Below are positions 27,376 to 35,845 of a DNA stretch of 50,354 bases, piece after piece. The position numbers were made by a program, and so were the translations under genes. Numbering within the stretch: the first letter of the stretch is position 1; each line of letters begins with the position of its first letter. Location of the stretch: positions 6,391 to 56,744 of the forward strand of contig PLFB01000182.1 of NCBI GenBank assembly GCA_003137135.1. The letters are read 5' to 3'. Under the pieces are notes generated by a model. It was given only the letters and a program-made list of their open reading frames with translations. It was not told the DNA's origin and did no database searches. This stretch comes from Acetobacteraceae bacterium (GTDB taxonomy: Bacteria; Pseudomonadota; Alphaproteobacteria; Acetobacterales; Acetobacteraceae).

Positions 27376-27798
27376 CTACAAGCCCGCCAGCGCCGGACGC
27401 CATGGCTGCAGCCGCTCCAGTTTTTGCTCGGCCAGGCGGGCCGCCTGCAGATCCGTGCGGCGCTTGCCGTTACTCAGGCTCTCTCGACGCCGCCTGATCT
27501 CCGTCAGCCGGCTGACGGCGGCCGACAGCGCCTGCATCGTCTGCGCCTCCAACGCATCGATCTGCGACTTGGCGGCGTGCGAAACATTGCTGAACCGCGA
27601 CGCGCGCATCGCCTGACCGACCGGCACGACCTCGCCGTTCTTCCACGTATCCGCCAGACGATCCCGGTAATTCGCAAGCATGCCGCGCTGGCTTGAGATA
27701 TTTGCCAGGGTCAGCATGTGGCGCTGGATTTCCGCCTCAACCTTGGCTTCCTCCACCGCAGCGATCAAGTCTAGGCGTTGCAATGTTTTCGGCTTCAT
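27376..27798 (-). CDS. fliJ: FliJ-like export protein
   Basis: 140-aa helical protein coupled (ATGA) directly after fliI; ends EQKLE. Confidence 0.65.
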   Translation of the reverse strand: MKPKTLQRLDLIAAVEEAKVEAEIQRHMLTLANISSQRGMLANYRDRLADTWKNGEVVPVGQAMRASRFSNVSHAAKSQIDALEAQTMQALSAAVSRLTEIRRRRESLSNGKRRTDLQAARLAEQKLERLQPWRPALAGL

Positions 27799-29138
27799 TT
27801 GTTGGGATCCATGATTGAGTTGGCGAGGGCGGCGATGCTGTCTTCGAGGCTGACGGCGCTGGTGTTTTGCCGGATCACCTGTTCCATCGCCGCGCGCCGG
27901 CGAATGGCCTCATCCAGCAAAAGGTCGCGGCCCGGCGCGTAGGCGCCGAGATCGATAATGTCCTGCTTTTCTTGCAGCCGCGCCCACAGCGCGCGGAAGC
28001 GTGCGGCCATCTGGGCGTGCTGTTTGGAAACCAGGCTCGGCATCGGCCGCGACAGCGAGGTGACGATATCGATGGGCGGATAAAACCCCGCCTCGGCGAG
28101 CGAACGCGACAGTACGATATGACCATCCAGCACGCCCCTGGCGGAATCCGCGATCGGGTCGCCGACATGGTCATCCCCCTCGACCAGCACCGTGTAGATC
28201 CCGGTGATCGAGCCCTTGCCCTTGGCACCATTCCCGGCCCGCTCGACATAGGCGGAAAGCGCGCCGAACACCGAAGGCGGATAGCCCTTGGTCGCCGGCG
28301 GCTCGCCGATCGCGAGGCCAATTTCGCGCAGCGCCATCGCCAGCCTGGTCAGAGAATCCACAACCAGCAGCACCTGTTTTCCCTGATCCCGCCAGTATTC
28401 CGCGATCGCCGCGGCGAGGTAGGCGCCGTGCACGCGCCCGAGCGCGGTCTCGTCAGCGGGCGACGCCACCACGACGCTGCGCGGCTTCGCCGCGCCGAGA
28501 TGGTCCTCGACAAACTCGCGGATTTCGCGCCCGCGCTCGCCGATCATGCCGACCACGGCGATGTCGGCCTTGGCGTGTCTTGCCATCATCCCCAGCAACG
28601 TCGTCTTGCCGACGCCGGAGCCGGCGAACAACCCGACCCGCATGCCGCGCCCCAGCGTCGCCAGCGCGTTGATCGCGGACACGCCGACATCGAACGGTAC
28701 CGCGATGCGCTCACGCAGCATGGGGTTGATCGGCACGCCCATCAGCGGCCAGGGATGCGCGACGTTGGGTGGCACCTTGCTGTCGAGCGGCAAGCCGCGG
28801 CCATCGATCACCCGCCCGAAATGCGCCGGTCCCATCAGCGGCGCCGGCGCCCGGTTTTCGGCGTGCACGCGGGCCCCTCGCACCACGCCGCGCGTGCCCT
28901 GCTCGGGCATGATCAGCAGCGAGCCTTCCTCAAACCCCACGACCTCCGCCGCGATCGCCTGGCCGCCTTCGGTATCGATCAGGCAACGCGCGCCGATCGG
29001 CGCGCGGATGCCGCTGGCGCGCAACACGTCGCCGCTCGAGCGCACCACCCGCCCATAGCGTTTCACCGGATCGGTCCGAATCGCCTCATTGACGCGCTCC
29101 GCCGCGAGCGTCCTGATCCTCTCCATCGAAATACTCAA
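27795..29138 (-). CDS. fliI: Flagellar export ATPase FliI
   Basis: Walker A AGSGVGKT, GERGRE, LLVVDSLTR, GEPPATKGYPPS and LDGHIVLSR. Confidence 0.95.
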   Translation of the reverse strand: MSISMERIRTLAAERVNEAIRTDPVKRYGRVVRSSGDVLRASGIRAPIGARCLIDTEGGQAIAAEVVGFEEGSLLIMPEQGTRGVVRGARVHAENRAPAPLMGPAHFGRVIDGRGLPLDSKVPPNVAHPWPLMGVPINPMLRERIAVPFDVGVSAINALATLGRGMRVGLFAGSGVGKTTLLGMMARHAKADIAVVGMIGERGREIREFVEDHLGAAKPRSVVVASPADETALGRVHGAYLAAAIAEYWRDQGKQVLLVVDSLTRLAMALREIGLAIGEPPATKGYPPSVFGALSAYVERAGNGAKGKGSITGIYTVLVEGDDHVGDPIADSARGVLDGHIVLSRSLAEAGFYPPIDIVTSLSRPMPSLVSKQHAQMAARFRALWARLQEKQDIIDLGAYAPGRDLLLDEAIRRRAAMEQVIRQNTSAVSLEDSIAALANSIMDPNK

Positions 29139-29797
29139 AGCGGCGATTCCTCTTCATCCTGGATCGAGAGCGCCTCTTGGATCGAGGTCAGCCGCGTCTC
29201 GACCGTTGCGTCCCACTCGACCTTGTCGATCGGATCGCCGTTGGGCGAGGTGATCTCGACGAAGGCGCCGCCGCGGCTGATCTGCGCGTCGCCGACCAGC
29301 TTGGTATTTTCCACCAGTTCATCGGCCGCAATCGCCGCCAGGTCCGCCGGGTTGAGCCGCACGACGATGCTTTGATGCGGGTTGCGCTCCGCCGCGGCTT
29401 CCCGCACTAACTGGAGGACAAGCAATTTCACGCTCTCGGAATTCGCCTTCAGTTCGGCGCCGACGACATGGCGCGCCAGCACGAAAGCCAGGCTCGCGAC
29501 CATCTCCGCGATATCGACCTCGCGATCGCGCAACGGCGCCTCCAATTGGCGCGCCGCGTTGTTCATCGCCGCAATCGCGCCGCGGATGTCCGCCGCGGCC
29601 GCCTGCCGCGCGGCCTGCCGTCCTTGCTCCTCGCCCAGGCGGCGCCCCTCCGCCTCCGCCTGCTGCCGCAGCCGCTCAACTTCGGCTTTCACCCTCGCTT
29701 CGACCGCGGCCGCGCCCGAATCCGGCGCAACGTCATTCCCCGCCTTGCGCGGCGGCGGTTTTTTGGTCTCCTCACGTCTGATGGTGACGTAACTCAC
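29135..29797 (-). CDS. fliH: FliH
   Basis: AxxxG repeats (AEAEGRRLGEEQG), VRLNPADL, D..ISRGG; position before fliI. Confidence 0.85.
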   Translation of the reverse strand: MSYVTIRREETKKPPPRKAGNDVAPDSGAAAVEARVKAEVERLRQQAEAEGRRLGEEQGRQAARQAAAADIRGAIAAMNNAARQLEAPLRDREVDIAEMVASLAFVLARHVVGAELKANSESVKLLVLQLVREAAAERNPHQSIVVRLNPADLAAIAADELVENTKLVGDAQISRGGAFVEITSPNGDPIDKVEWDATVETRLTSIQEALSIQDEEESPL

Positions 29798-30072
29798 GAT
29801 TTCTGCTCACCACGGGCTTGCGCGATCGCAACCTGGCAATGCCCGACGAGAATTTTCAGCAAGGGCGGCAGCAGCGCCAGGCCGGCATGCGCCAGCAAGG
29901 CGACGGCGCCCATGCTCAGCAGCCATATCGTCATCGATTCCATCGTCAGGCCGGTCGGCTCATTCATCGCCCCCCAGCCGAGTGCGATCGCCACCGTAAT
30001 GAGACCCGGCTTCAAGGCCAGGCCCGGCTGGGCGTTGTTGGTCACGGGTTTTTTTGCGGGTTTACGGGCCAT
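29794..30072 (-). CDS. Hypothetical 92-aa membrane protein
   Basis: MARKPAKK... with two hydrophobic stretches; overlaps the motB end and the fliH start (GTGA) and fills the gap exactly. Confidence 0.6.
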   Translation of the reverse strand: MARKPAKKPVTNNAQPGLALKPGLITVAIALGWGAMNEPTGLTMESMTIWLLSMGAVALLAHAGLALLPPLLKILVGHCQVAIAQARGEQKS

Positions 30073-30865
30073 TGGGATCCATCGCGTGAATGACAACCAC
30101 GACACGGCGGTTTTGCGCACGGCCGGCAGCGGTTGTGTTGGGGGCAAACGGCGCAAATTCACCAAATCCCTGGGCCGAGAGCCGCGTGCCGTCGATGCCT
30201 TGTTTCATGAACAAGGACACGACGGACACCGCGCGTTCGGCGGAGAGCGACCAGTTGGACGGGAATTGCGCCGTATCGATCGGCTTGTTATCGGTATAAC
30301 CCTGAATAACAATGCTGAACTGATTGGGGAGTTTCGTCAGCCGTTTCGCCACGTTGCCCAGCAGGGTCACCGCCGGCTTCACCAGCGTGGCCTTGCCCGA
30401 AGGAAACAGCGCCGACGCGTCGAAGCTGATGACCAGCGTCAAAGGCTGTGCCGCCATCGAGACTTTTTTGGTCGCGGTCATCGGCTGCAGCAAGGTTGAA
30501 AGCTGCACCTGCACGTTTTGCAGCGCGACGAGTTCCGCCTCGAGCTGTTTGGAGACTTTCGGGGTGGCGTGCTGCAGATGCGTCGCCGGATGCGCGATCG
30601 GATGCTGCACCGTCGAGACCGCATGCTGCAATATGCCGTTGCCGGCCGTATGCGTATTCATGATCGAAATCGGCGTCGCATGAAACGCCCGCTGCATGCC
30701 CATTTCAACCTCCGCGACCAGATCCTTGTTTCTGGTTGACGAGGCGTACAGCACGACAAACAGCGCCAGCAGCAGCGTGAGCAAATCCGCATAGCTCACC
30801 AGCCAGCGTTCATGGTTGGGCTTCTTCTTCGCCCGCGCGGGTCTGGCGGCGCTGCGCATGCTCAT
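30062..30865 (-). CDS. motB: Stator B subunit (MotB, MotD-type)
   Basis: HERWLVSYAD TM segment with the conserved Asp; OmpA-like domain GYTDN, SNWSLS..RA, NRRV. Confidence 0.92.
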   Translation of the reverse strand: MSMRSAARPARAKKKPNHERWLVSYADLLTLLLALFVVLYASSTRNKDLVAEVEMGMQRAFHATPISIMNTHTAGNGILQHAVSTVQHPIAHPATHLQHATPKVSKQLEAELVALQNVQVQLSTLLQPMTATKKVSMAAQPLTLVISFDASALFPSGKATLVKPAVTLLGNVAKRLTKLPNQFSIVIQGYTDNKPIDTAQFPSNWSLSAERAVSVVSLFMKQGIDGTRLSAQGFGEFAPFAPNTTAAGRAQNRRVVVVIHAMDPNGP

Positions 30866-31665
30866 GCCGCCTCGCCGATGGCATCGAGCGGCGGCTCCGC
30901 GACCACCTCTTTCTCCTTGCCCTTGGCATGGCCGGTCAAGAAGCTGTGCAAGGTCTGCTTGATCATCAGGCCGGATTTGCCTTCCTTGATGAGCAGAAAC
31001 GCCTGAATCACGAGCTGCCGCTCGCGCTCGCGAATTCTCGCCAGCCCAGAGAGCCGTGTCCCGACCGGCAAGAAAATCAAATTGGCGGCGCCAACCCCGT
31101 AAATCGTCGCCACGAACGCCGTCGCGACGCCGGCACCCAGTTCCTCGGGATGGTCAAGCCGCATCATCACATGGATCAGGCCCAGAACCGCGCCCATGAC
31201 GCCGATGGTCGGCAAATAGCCGCCGCCGGCCTCCCACAACTCGCCGGAAATCTCATCCTCATGCGTCGCGTTCTGCGCCAACACCTCGAGCGTGTATTGC
31301 AAATCCTCGGCACTGACATTGTCCACGATCAACTGCAGCGCCTGGCGCTGAAACGCGTCGGTAATCGCGGGCAACTCCTTCTCCAGCGCCAGCGAGCCCT
31401 GGGTCCGGCACAAATTCGACCATCTCGCCGCGTTCTCGATAAACTCATGAAGATCGACCAGCGGCGGTTTCACCAGCCACATGAACCGGGCAAAACCGGT
31501 CAGCATATGCTTGAACCCGAACTGTGTCATCAGCGCGGTCAAGGTCCCGCCGAAAACGATGATCAGCGCCGTCGTGCTGTACAGCGCGGAGATCGGATCG
31601 CCGTCGCACAACCCGGCGCCGACGACCACGGCCAATGCACAGAATATGCCCAAAACTGCCGACAT
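30862..31665 (-). CDS. motA: Stator A subunit (MotA, MotC-type)
   Basis: ALIIVFGGT, R..G.LALE, GGYLPTIG..GAVLGLI and AFVATIYGV..ANL.FLP. Confidence 0.92.
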   Translation of the reverse strand: MSAVLGIFCALAVVVGAGLCDGDPISALYSTTALIIVFGGTLTALMTQFGFKHMLTGFARFMWLVKPPLVDLHEFIENAARWSNLCRTQGSLALEKELPAITDAFQRQALQLIVDNVSAEDLQYTLEVLAQNATHEDEISGELWEAGGGYLPTIGVMGAVLGLIHVMMRLDHPEELGAGVATAFVATIYGVGAANLIFLPVGTRLSGLARIRERERQLVIQAFLLIKEGKSGLMIKQTLHSFLTGHAKGKEKEVVAEPPLDAIGEAA

Positions 31666-32234
31666 TATGCGGGTACCCCATCCATCCGTTCAGTCATGAA
31701 TTGCGCCAGTGTTTTCAGCGCGCGCTGGCGGATCTTGGTCGCGTACCCCTCACTGACGTCCAAAACGGCCGCGATTTCCCGATTGTTCATGTCCTCATAA
31801 AAATGCATCGCGATCACCTGGTACTCGACCTCGGGCAGCGACCGCAGGGCAGATGACAGCGCGTGCTCGTTATCCCCGCTCAGCAGCTCCGAGAGCGGAT
31901 CCTTCGCCGCGGTGCCATTGGCGAACGAATTCATATCGACCTGGTCGATGTCGAACGAGGCCTCGCCGCGGCGTAATTTGCCTTCGCGCCGCAGCCCGTT
32001 CAGCATCGCGCCCTTGATGCGCTTCTTGGCGAAGGCGGCGAAATCGATCCCGAGCGACTCATCGAATCGCGAGATCGATTCCAACATCCCGATGGCGCCC
32101 CATTGCATCAGTTCATCCAAATCCGCCCACGGCATTCTCACCTTCATCAGCAGGGCGATCCGGCGGATCGCATTGCCGTGCTGGGCGAGCATCTGCTCGG
32201 TTTTGGCCGGCGGGCTGGCGGTGCGGGTCATCAT
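31665..32234 (-). CDS. fliA: Short FliA/WhiG-like sigma factor
   Basis: Region 2 (DELMQ.G.IG....RFD, F..FA..RI.GAM) and region 4 (L..LP...VI..FYE.M...EIA.VL.VSE); only 189 aa. Confidence 0.8.
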   Translation of the reverse strand: MMTRTASPPAKTEQMLAQHGNAIRRIALLMKVRMPWADLDELMQWGAIGMLESISRFDESLGIDFAAFAKKRIKGAMLNGLRREGKLRRGEASFDIDQVDMNSFANGTAAKDPLSELLSGDNEHALSSALRSLPEVEYQVIAMHFYEDMNNREIAAVLDVSEGYATKIRQRALKTLAQFMTERMDGVPA

Positions 32235-34330
32235 CGTTGCACCGGCTCAGCGGTGACCACGACCTGCAGCGACAAATTTTCGGGAATCTCTTCCAACGCC
32301 ACCACCGGCATGATGCCGGCGACCGCTCTGGCGACCACTTTTCTGACGCCGCCCTGCACGACGAGCAGCGGTTTTTGGCCCTTGGCCTTCATCATCCGCG
32401 CGGCGTTCTCGCAGGCCTGCCGCAGATGCCCGGCTGCTTCCGCCTCGATCTCCACGCCAAAGCCGGAATCGCGGCTGGTCCGCACGGATTTTGCAATCAG
32501 GTCCTCGAGTCTCTGCTCCAGCACCGCGACCTTCAGCACCGTCTCGGCGCCGGCGAACTGCGAAACGATGAACCGGCCCAGCCGCGCGCGCACCGCATTG
32601 ATCAGGCGATCGACATCCTTGTTGCCGCCATCGGAGGATTCGACCATGGCCTCGGCGATCCGCTCAAAATCCCGGATCGGCACTTCCTCGGCCAGCATCG
32701 ATTGCAAAACCTGCCGCACCAGCCCCATCGAGAGATTATTGCGCACCTCCTCCGCCAGCTTCGGCGTGGTCTCGGCCAGCCTGGTCATCAGCCCTTCGAC
32801 CTGCGGGCGGCCCAACAATTCGGCGCCAAAACGTTTCAGGATTTCCGCGAAATGCGTGGCGATCGCGCTCGACGCATCGACCACCGTGTAGCCCAGCTCT
32901 TCGGCTTTCGGGATCGCCGATTGCGGGATCCACACCGCGGGCTGCCCGAACGCCGGGTCCTTCACATGCCGCCCGATCGCCAGCTTTTCGGTCACCATCG
33001 GGCCTTCGAGCGCCAGCCATTGGCCGGGCCAGACCTCGCCGCCGGCGATGGCCGCGCCGCGCAAGGTAAACCGGTAGCCGTGCGGCGGCAGTTCGCTCGC
33101 GTCGCGTATATGCACCGCCGGCACCAGAAACCCCATCGCGCGCCCGTAGCGCTGCCGCACGGCGGTGAGACGCGCGAGTAACTTGCCGTCCGCCTGACTA
33201 ACCAGCGGCGTCAGGGCGAAGCCGATGTTCATGCCCAGCGGATCGACGCCGGTCACATCGACCAGCGTATCGGTCTTGGCCTCGCCGGGTGCCGCCGGCC
33301 GGTCCTGGCCGCCGGGCGCGGTGGCGGGCGCGCCAGGCTCCGCGTGGGACACGCGGTAGGCGGAAAATGCCAGGATCGCCGCCAGGATCAAAAACGGCAG
33401 ATGCGCCATTTCCGGAATCAGCCCGATCGCGCCGGTGATGCCGGCGCCGATCCAGAGCGCCTGCGGATATTTGCTGATCTGCGACTTGATCTGCGCGCCG
33501 ATATCCTCGCCGGTAGCGACGCGTGTTACGATCAACCCTGCCGCGATCGAGATCACGAGCGACGGGATCTGCGCCGCCAGCCCGTCGCCCACCGTCAGCA
33601 GCGTGTAGGTCCGCGCGGCGTCGGCCAGCGGTAGAGAATCCTGCAGCGTGCCGACCAGCAGGCCGCCCACCAGATTGACCACCAGAATGATCATCGCCGC
33701 GATCACGTCGCCGCGCACGAATTTCGAAGCCCCGTCCATGGCGCCGAAAAAATCCGCTTCCCGGCGCAGAGTCTCGCGCCGCTTTTCCGCCGCCTGCGGC
33801 GAGAGGATGCCGGCGTTGATTTCGGCGTCGATCGCCATCTGGCGCCCCGGCAGACTATCCAGCATGAAGCGGGCGCTGACTTCCGCGACCCGCCCAGCGC
33901 CTTTCGTAACCACGCTGAAATTGATGATGATCAAAATGACGAAGATGATGCCGCCGACGACGTAATTGCCGCCGACGGCGAACTGGCCAAAGGATTCGAT
34001 CACCTGGCCGGCGGCACCCGGTCCGGTAAAACCATTCAGCAGAATCACGCGCGCGGTCGCGACGTTGAGTGCCAGGCGCATGAGCGTCGTCGCCAGCAGC
34101 ACCGATGGGAAGGACGAAAATTCGGCCGGCGAATAGATGAACAGGCTGGCGGCCAGAATCACCAGGCCGACGGAGATATTGATAGCAAACAAAAACGAAA
34201 TCGCGATCGGCGGCAGCGGGATGACGAGCATCACCAGCACCAGCAATATCACAATCGGCCCAGAAAGCTGGGACGCCTTGAAATTCCCCATCGCGCCTTC
34301 GGCGCGGGGCAAGGTCATCGCGTCAGCCAT
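32231..34330 (-). CDS. flhA: Flagellar export gate protein FlhA
   Basis: RLALNVA, KGAGRVAEVSARF.LD..PG.QM.ID, FFGAMDGASKFVRGD and GDGL..QIP. Exact start uncertain. Confidence 0.95.
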   Translation of the reverse strand: MADAMTLPRAEGAMGNFKASQLSGPIVILLVLVMLVIPLPPIAISFLFAINISVGLVILAASLFIYSPAEFSSFPSVLLATTLMRLALNVATARVILLNGFTGPGAAGQVIESFGQFAVGGNYVVGGIIFVILIIINFSVVTKGAGRVAEVSARFMLDSLPGRQMAIDAEINAGILSPQAAEKRRETLRREADFFGAMDGASKFVRGDVIAAMIILVVNLVGGLLVGTLQDSLPLADAARTYTLLTVGDGLAAQIPSLVISIAAGLIVTRVATGEDIGAQIKSQISKYPQALWIGAGITGAIGLIPEMAHLPFLILAAILAFSAYRVSHAEPGAPATAPGGQDRPAAPGEAKTDTLVDVTGVDPLGMNIGFALTPLVSQADGKLLARLTAVRQRYGRAMGFLVPAVHIRDASELPPHGYRFTLRGAAIAGGEVWPGQWLALEGPMVTEKLAIGRHVKDPAFGQPAVWIPQSAIPKAEELGYTVVDASSAIATHFAEILKRFGAELLGRPQVEGLMTRLAETTPKLAEEVRNNLSMGLVRQVLQSMLAEEVPIRDFERIAEAMVESSDGGNKDVDRLINAVRARLGRFIVSQFAGAETVLKVAVLEQRLEDLIAKSVRTSRDSGFGVEIEAEAAGHLRQACENAARMMKAKGQKPLLVVQGGVRKVVARAVAGIMPVVALEEIPENLSLQVVVTAEPVQR

Positions 34331-34586
34331 GCAGGATCGCCGGGATCGAAGCGATGACGTGCACCGCGTAGCCATCGACACCATGCATCATCAGCGGCCC
34401 GGCGGCGGAGGTGAGGCCAGCGACGGCGGCAAGCTTCAGCATGAAGGCGAGCGAGGATTCCCTGATCTGCGTCATCGTCTGCAAAATCCCCGCGGCCAGG
34501 CCGACGAACAGCATCACCACCAGCACGGGACCGGCCAGCTCCGCAAAGGCGATCCAGGCGCCCAGACTGACCTGCGCCGGCGTCAC
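34323..34586 (-). CDS. fliQ: FliQ
   Basis: 87 aa, P.L...VGL..ILQ..TQI.E..LAF..KL. Confidence 0.9.
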   Translation of the reverse strand: MTPAQVSLGAWIAFAELAGPVLVVMLFVGLAAGILQTMTQIRESSLAFMLKLAAVAGLTSAAGPLMMHGVDGYAVHVIASIPAILHG

Positions 34587-34921
34587 TCCGCCGCCTCTTT
34601 CTGGAACTGCTCCTGGTCCTCGATCAACGAGAGCACCCGCACGCCGTACTGGCTCTTGCCGACGGCGACGACCTCACCCAGCGCCAGTCTCTGCCCATTG
34701 GCAAAGATGCTGAGCGGCTCTCCGACCATCTGGTCGAGCGTGATCACCTGCCCGTGCCGCAATTGTCTGAGATCCTTCAACGAAATGCTGGTGCGGCCGA
34801 GTTCGACCGAGAGTGTCACCGGCACGCGCTCCACCGGCTTGGCCGGCACCGCCAGGCCGCCCAGCGGCAGGGCCGTCAATGTCTCGGGCTCGACCCGATC
34901 GGTCTCGCTTGTCATCATCAT
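34583..34921 (-). CDS. fliN: FliN, candidate in-frame internally initiated product (112 aa)
   Basis: Minus strand GAAAAGGAAAAA-ATG-ATG-ATG at 34921: SD-like AAGGA 5 nt before a triple Met that precedes the FliN domain. Confidence 0.6.
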   Translation of the reverse strand: MMMTSETDRVEPETLTALPLGGLAVPAKPVERVPVTLSVELGRTSISLKDLRQLRHGQVITLDQMVGEPLSIFANGQRLALGEVVAVGKSQYGVRVLSLIEDQEQFQKEAAE

Positions 34922-35845
34922 TTTTTCCTTTTCAAATGTTGGCGCGCCGGCCGGGCCTGGCCGGTCCGAATCCTTCGGGCGGCAGCAAACGAACCCAAAA
35001 CTTTGGCCGTAATCGGCGAAAAACAGGTCGATCCCGGCGACAACCCCGATCGCATCCGGCAGCAGAACCAGCGGCAAAATCTGGCCGGGCCGCAAACCCT
35101 CCATCACAGCGACCGGAACTTTTGCACGCGCGATTTCGACCCGCAGTTCGACGTTCACGGTTTCGGTCAGATGACCAAGCGTGCTCTCCCAGCGCGGATC
35201 GACGACATGCTGCCCAAGCATGCGCGAGCCGGTGAATCCAGGCAGCGATTCCAGATTGTCGAACGCCGAGATCGGGCACATAACCGTGATCGCGCCCGAA
35301 CCCGTCCCGGTCTCAAGCACGCCCTTGCAGACGAACATCCAATCGCGCCCGTCGCCGATCGCCAGCATCGCCGTCGATGTTTCATATTGCATGAGAGTCA
35401 GCTTGACCTTGGCGATCGCGCCGACCACGTCCCCGATCGTCCGAAGACTGTCCTCGATAATCTTCTTGCCGGTGCGGGTCTCCATCTTTGAAAGCTCGCT
35501 CCGGCTCGTCGCCGACGGCGCCGTCGCGCCGCACATCCGGTCGAGCACCGCCGCGACCAGATTGCCGTCGATCACCATCAGGATCCGCGCATTCACCTCC
35601 GCCACATTGACGATGGCGCCCAGAATGATGCGCGGCAGTTCGGACAGACACGAAGCCAGCGTGCTGACGTCGCTCTTGCAGCTCAGCACCTGCACCGGAC
35701 TGCGCATGAGATCGACGAGGTTCTGGCGAATTTCGCGCATGCAACGATCCGCCAAACCATCGACCACCACCGAATTGAGCTTTGGCGTTTTCGCCTGGCC
35801 CACCAGATCGACCAGAGAGATCGGCTCGACATCAAGCATACGCAC
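34583..35845 (-). CDS. fliM: FliM-FliN fusion C-ring protein
   Basis: FliM middle domain (IDG.LV...LD...G, ELS..E) plus a SpoA domain, continuing without a stop into a FliN SpoA domain (VELGRT, GEPL.I.ANG..LA.GEVV...YGVR). Confidence 0.85.
   Translation of the reverse strand: MRMLDVEPISLVDLVGQAKTPKLNSVVVDGLADRCMREIRQNLVDLMRSPVQVLSCKSDVSTLASCLSELPRIILGAIVNVAEVNARILMVIDGNLVAAVLDRMCGATAPSATSRSELSKMETRTGKKIIEDSLRTIGDVVGAIAKVKLTLMQYETSTAMLAIGDGRDWMFVCKGVLETGTGSGAITVMCPISAFDNLESLPGFTGSRMLGQHVVDPRWESTLGHLTETVNVELRVEIARAKVPVAVMEGLRPGQILPLVLLPDAIGVVAGIDLFFADYGQSFGFVCCRPKDSDRPGPAGAPTFEKEKMMMTSETDRVEPETLTALPLGGLAVPAKPVERVPVTLSVELGRTSISLKDLRQLRHGQVITLDQMVGEPLSIFANGQRLALGEVVAVGKSQYGVRVLSLIEDQEQFQKEAAE

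Noticed and set aside
4943-27497. Short ORFs with FLKKSNQKTF / KVFLVLFLQKK-like peptides (e.g. 4943-5311, 7829-8038, 7934-8221, 10066-10635, 10569-10985, 13005-13946, 27206-27403, 27270-27497)
   Set aside because: They are translations of the repeat arms and overlap real genes; there is no independent coding evidence.
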